Origin: Ignavibacteriaceae bacterium
GTDB lineage: Bacteria; Bacteroidota; Ignavibacteria; Ignavibacteriales; Ignavibacteriaceae
NCBI GenBank assembly: GCA_019638025.1
Contig: JAHBUO010000003.1
Location: 53,194 to 117,193, forward strand
DNA: 64,000 bases
Direction: 5' to 3'
The notes beneath the pieces were generated by a model. That model was not told the DNA's origin and ran no database searches. It saw only the letters and a list, made by a program, of their open reading frames with translations. This document shows, piece by piece, positions 60,751 to 64,000 of the stretch (position 1 is the stretch's first letter; every line of letters begins with the position of its first letter). Position numbers and translations under genes: made by a program.

Positions 60751-61875
60751 TTATCTAAGTTTAAATGAAGCTAAACTTACAATTGCAAGAATGATTGCGA
60801 TTATATAAAATCGAATCACAATCTTTGGTTCAGGCCAACCCACCATCTCAAAATGATGATGAATCGGCGCCATCTTAAAAACACGCTTTCCTTCACCAAA
60901 TCTTTTCTTAGTATATTTGAAATAGACTCTTTGGATGATCACTGAAACTGTTTCCATAAAAAAGACACCCCCTAAAATTGGGATAAGCAATTCTTTCTTT
61001 ATAAGAACAGCTAAAATTCCAAAAGCTCCACCCAAAGCGAGTGAGCCGGTATCACCCATAAAAATTTGAGCAGGATAGAAATTAAACCACAAAAAACCCA
61101 ATCCGGCACCAATCAAAGCTGCAATGAATACTGTTAACTCACCAGTTCCCGGTAGATAGATTATATTTAAATACTTCGCATAAATTGCGTTACCGCTCAT
61201 ATAAGCAAGGACAGCTAACGCCAGCATTACAATTGTTGTGACACCGATTGATAATCCGTCTAAACCATCGGTGAGATTAACAGCATTTGATGTGGCTGTA
61301 ATTATGAATATCACCATTGGGATATACAATATTGAAAAATCAAGATTTACATTTTTAAAAAATGGAAGAGTAGTGAATGTGTTTATTGAGTCAAAATTTG
61401 ACCCGAATATAGTTGGGAAAAAGTAAATCATACTACCGACTAATAATCCAACAACAACTTGTCCAAGTAATTTGTATCGTGCTATCAAACCATTTGGAAA
61501 CTTCTTTACTACTTTCAGATAATCATCTAAAAATCCAACTCCACCTAATAATAGTGTTCCGGTTAAAATTAGAATTATGTAAATACTAAGAATGTCACCC
61601 CATAATAATACAGGGACAACAACTGAGAACAGTATAATTAGCCCGCCCATCGTTGGTGTACCTGCTTTTGACCAATGATTTTTGGGACCAATCTCTTTCT
61701 TTGCTTCACCAATTTGATGCTTCTGGAGAAGTTTGATAATTTTTGGTCCGATATAGAGTGATAAAAACAAAGCCGTAATAGCTGCTAAAGCAGAACGGAA
61801 CGTTAAGAAACGGAAGATATCAAATCCCGGCGGATCAAATTTCACGTTAATATAATCAAACAAGTAGTAGAGCAT
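60751..61875 (-). CDS. mraY: Phospho-N-acetylmuramoyl-pentapeptide transferase
   Basis: NAVNLTDGLDGL, MGDTGSLALGG, and APIHHHFE. Confidence 0.97.
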   Translation of the reverse strand: MLYYLFDYINVKFDPPGFDIFRFLTFRSALAAITALFLSLYIGPKIIKLLQKHQIGEAKKEIGPKNHWSKAGTPTMGGLIILFSVVVPVLLWGDILSIYIILILTGTLLLGGVGFLDDYLKVVKKFPNGLIARYKLLGQVVVGLLVGSMIYFFPTIFGSNFDSINTFTTLPFFKNVNLDFSILYIPMVIFIITATSNAVNLTDGLDGLSIGVTTIVMLALAVLAYMSGNAIYAKYLNIIYLPGTGELTVFIAALIGAGLGFLWFNFYPAQIFMGDTGSLALGGAFGILAVLIKKELLIPILGGVFFMETVSVIIQRVYFKYTKKRFGEGKRVFKMAPIHHHFEMVGWPEPKIVIRFYIIAIILAIVSLASFKLR

Positions 61876-63262
61876 CTATCCGATTCTTTCTTTCAATGCA
61901 TTTACAAAATCTTCCATTTTCATCCCACGTGACCCTTTTACAAGAATAGTTGAGTTTTCAAATTCGAACTTTTTCAAATATGCAAATAGTGATTTTCTTG
62001 AAGAAAAGTACCGAGTAATCATCTTTAAGTTTTCTATCGTTTTGTAAAGTGCCTGCATATTTTTACCGATAGGTAAGACTTCATCAATATTTAATTTCTT
62101 TATTACTTTTGCGAGTTGGGTGTGTAAATTTTCCTGATTTCGCCCAGTTCAGACATATCTCCTAAAACTTCCACCAATCTTTTTAGGGAAAATATTTATA
62201 CTATCTAAAACTATGAGAGCAGCAATCATTGAATCAGGATTAGCATTATAAGTATCATCAATCAGAACCATCTTTTTATATTTTGTTACATTCAATCTTT
62301 GTTTTGATGGAAGTAATTTTTTTATTGCTGTAGTCAAATCACTTTTCTTTAAACCAACATGATTTGCAATCGCAGAAGCAACAAAGACATTGTGAGCACT
62401 ATGAAATCCATATAGAGGGACGTTAACTTTTAGATTAAGTTTTGGAGAGGTTATATTAAGTGTATAAAGTCCGGAATTATTATCCATTTCAGTTGAGCCT
62501 GAATACTCCGCAGTATTATTCATCATACTATAAGTAATTTTATTCTGAAAATTTGTACCAATTCTTTTAAGAAGAGATCATCAAGATTAATAAATACTTT
62601 TCCGTTAACGTTGGTATTATTGAATAAATTTACTTTTTCTTTCAGTACATTTTTAGATTTAGGAAACTCAATTGCGAATTGCCAATATTTGTTATCACAG
62701 AATAATCCGGTTTAGCAATTTTCGATGTGTAACCGATCTCGCCAAAATGATTTGTCCCAACCTCTAGAGACAAAAAGTCATCATTCTGTTTCGCAGAAAA
62801 TATTGTTAACGGAACACCTATATGATTATTGTTGTTAAGTGAAGTTCCTGTAACACGATATTTTTCTTTTAATAATGAAATTAAAATATCCTTTGTGGTC
62901 GTCTTACCCACGCTTCCGGTTATACAAATTACTTTTGCTTTTAGTTTACTTCTCCAGAAACTTGCTAATTCTCCCAATGCTAATGTTGTATTCGGTACAG
63001 TAATAATCGGTAACTTTAAATTGATAAAATTCTTAATCTGCTTCTTATTTATAATTATTGCGGATGCTCCACTATTCACTGCAGATTCAACAAACTTATG
63101 TCCATTGAATTTTTTACCTTGTATAGCAATGAATAAGGCTCCTTTTTCAATCTTACGAGAGTCTATCGATATCGATTTATAATCACCTATCAAATTGGCA
63201 TTATAAAGCTCTGCCCCCGATAGATTAAATAGATCGTTAATATTTATACAAAGCTTTGACAT
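61876..63262 (-). pseudogene. murF: UDP-N-acetylmuramoyl-tripeptide--D-alanyl-D-alanine ligase, interrupted by about four single-base indels (three track ORFs)
   Basis: ORFs 62642-63262, 62149-62526 and 61876-62058 are consecutive MurF segments (P-loop GSVGKTTTK; DDTYNANPDSM; ILVKGSRGMKME). The missing conserved stretches (IEF.KSKNVLKEK..., DDSLLKRIGTN..., EVLGDMSELGE) are readable in alternative frames across the breaks. Confidence 0.85.
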
Positions 63263-64000
63263 TATTTGACTGCCAATTCATTATTTAATTGATTAATAAG
63301 CTTAAGCGTTTCCTCTTTATCTGAGAAATAAAATTTTTCTTTACCAATTATCTGATAGTTTTTCATGTCCTTTTTCCTTATTAATACGACTGAACCATCT
63401 GGTGATTCATTTATAATAGTTGATTGTAACTTCACTACGATTTTTATTACAACAAAATTTTCTATCAAAATTCCTGACTTTATATCTTCGATTATTTGAT
63501 CTTCGTTTTCGGTACGTGGATTATCATTTGTGATGATCACTTTATCACTCAGTAACGATGCTATTTTCCCCATAATTGGTCTTTTGATTTTATCCCTATC
63601 CCCACCACACCCCATAACTGTGTAGAGTCGAAAGTCGTTACTAATAATTTGCCTTATCGATGTCAAAGCTTTATCAAGGCTATCAGGAGTATGCGAATAA
63701 TCGATAATAATTTTTTTATTGTTGAAGTGAATAACTTCAAATCGACCCGGGACATGTGGGGTTTTTGCAATACCTTCGATTATTTTCTCAGCGGAAATAC
63801 CGCATTTTAGTGCCGCGATGAATGCCGCAGCAATGTTGTATGCATTAAAACTTCCGATAAGTGAAGTTTTAATTTCATATACAGTAGATTGATTGCGAAG
63901 CTTGAATGACGTTCCCTCTAAATCAAAAGAAATTTCTGATATTATAAAATCAGAATCAGCATTTGTTCCATACGAAATCTTATTTGCTTTCGTATCTTTT
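63262..64000 (-). CDS. murE: UDP-N-acetylmuramoyl-L-alanyl-D-glutamate--2,6-diaminopimelate (or L-Lys) ligase, C-terminal part; 5' end outside the window
   Basis: My translation is open from 63999 to the stop at 63262: ...GSFNAYNIAAA...GRFEV...IIDYSHTPDSL...GCGGDRDK.KRP.MG...NDNPRTE. The track lists only 63262-63666 (internal TTG). The stop overlaps the murF ATG (TAATG). The C-terminal motifs look frameshift-scrambled (see findings). Confidence 0.9.
   Translation of the reverse strand, partial: KDTKANKISYGTNADSDFIISEISFDLEGTSFKLRNQSTVYEIKTSLIGSFNAYNIAAAFIAALKCGISAEKIIEGIAKTPHVPGRFEVIHFNNKKIIIDYSHTPDSLDKALTSIRQIISNDFRLYTVMGCGGDRDKIKRPIMGKIASLLSDKVIITNDNPRTENEDQIIEDIKSGILIENFVVIKIVVKLQSTIINESPDGSVVLIRKKDMKNYQIIGKEKFYFSDKEETLKLINQLNNELAVK

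Noticed and set aside
62149-62151. The in-frame TGA between murF ORFs 62149-62526 and 61876-62058 (same frame) as selenocysteine, stop-codon readthrough or recoding.
   Set aside because: The flanking in-frame peptide (GGSFRRYV*TGRNQ) is not MurF-like. The +1 frame over the same 35 nt reads the conserved EVLGDMSELGE, so a compensating indel pair explains it better than recoding.
1-64000. Looked for CRISPR arrays, IS elements, transposases, integrases, phage genes, toxin-antitoxin pairs and canonical defence systems (RM, Abi, CBASS, retron-like).
   Set aside because: There are no spaced direct-repeat arrays and no ORF with a transposase, integrase or nuclease-NTPase defence signature. The gene content is housekeeping, secretome and envelope. 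I cannot support a claim of a defence island.

Overview
AT-rich, densely packed chromosomal segment with about 50 protein genes, one tRNA, and no rRNA, CRISPR array, transposase or integrase that I could see. The taxonomic signal points to the FCB group, probably Ignavibacteria-like. Support: several proteins end in type-A T9SS sorting domains (NYPNPFNP...), a PorV-like gene is present, there is a Bacteroidota-style fused E1 alpha/beta dehydrogenase, and many genes have clear GGAGG Shine-Dalgarno sites.

Layout, left to right:
- Housekeeping and amino-acid catabolism: PBP1A (partial), LpxH, M1 aminopeptidase, fused 2-oxoacid dehydrogenase E1, aldehyde dehydrogenase, SpoIIE phosphatase.
- A minus-strand HU / zinc-ribbon-TPR / 31-aa basic peptide / tRNA-Thr(CGU) unit.
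- A block of secreted or T9SS proteins: S9 peptidase, secreted agmatine-deiminase/PAD-family enzyme, and two tandem GHL10 hydrolases.
- A five-gene outer-membrane operon: TonB-dependent receptor, 697-aa unknown, PorV-like protein and two small beta-barrels.
- prmA, two more T9SS cargo proteins (859-aa unknown, S8 subtilase), metG and rmuC.
- An OMP / ABC / ABC-2 / LolA-like / SMP-30 cluster.
- A five-gene putative muropeptide-recycling operon: sugar kinase, AmpG with a large insertion, GH3-beta-lactamase fusion, GH3, YciI.
- A PLP enzyme, yajQ, a 5'-truncated dnaE-like remnant and a CPXCG mini-protein.
- The dcw cluster on the minus strand: murE(partial)-murF-mraY-murD-ftsW-murG-murC-ftsQ-ftsA-ftsZ.

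Most notable observations:
- A tight cluster of single-base indels breaks murF into three ORFs. Similar indels appear to scramble conserved motifs at the murE C-terminus, while everything downstream is intact.
- A Pol III alpha gene lacks its whole N-terminal half.
- A SusD-less TBDR / PorV / OMP / GHL10 locus may be an uncharacterised T9SS-linked glycan-acquisition system.
- The peptidoglycan-recycling operon has an unusual GH3-serine hydrolase fusion and an expanded AmpG.

I see no canonical defence system. All functional calls come from motif recognition by eye, not from database searches.
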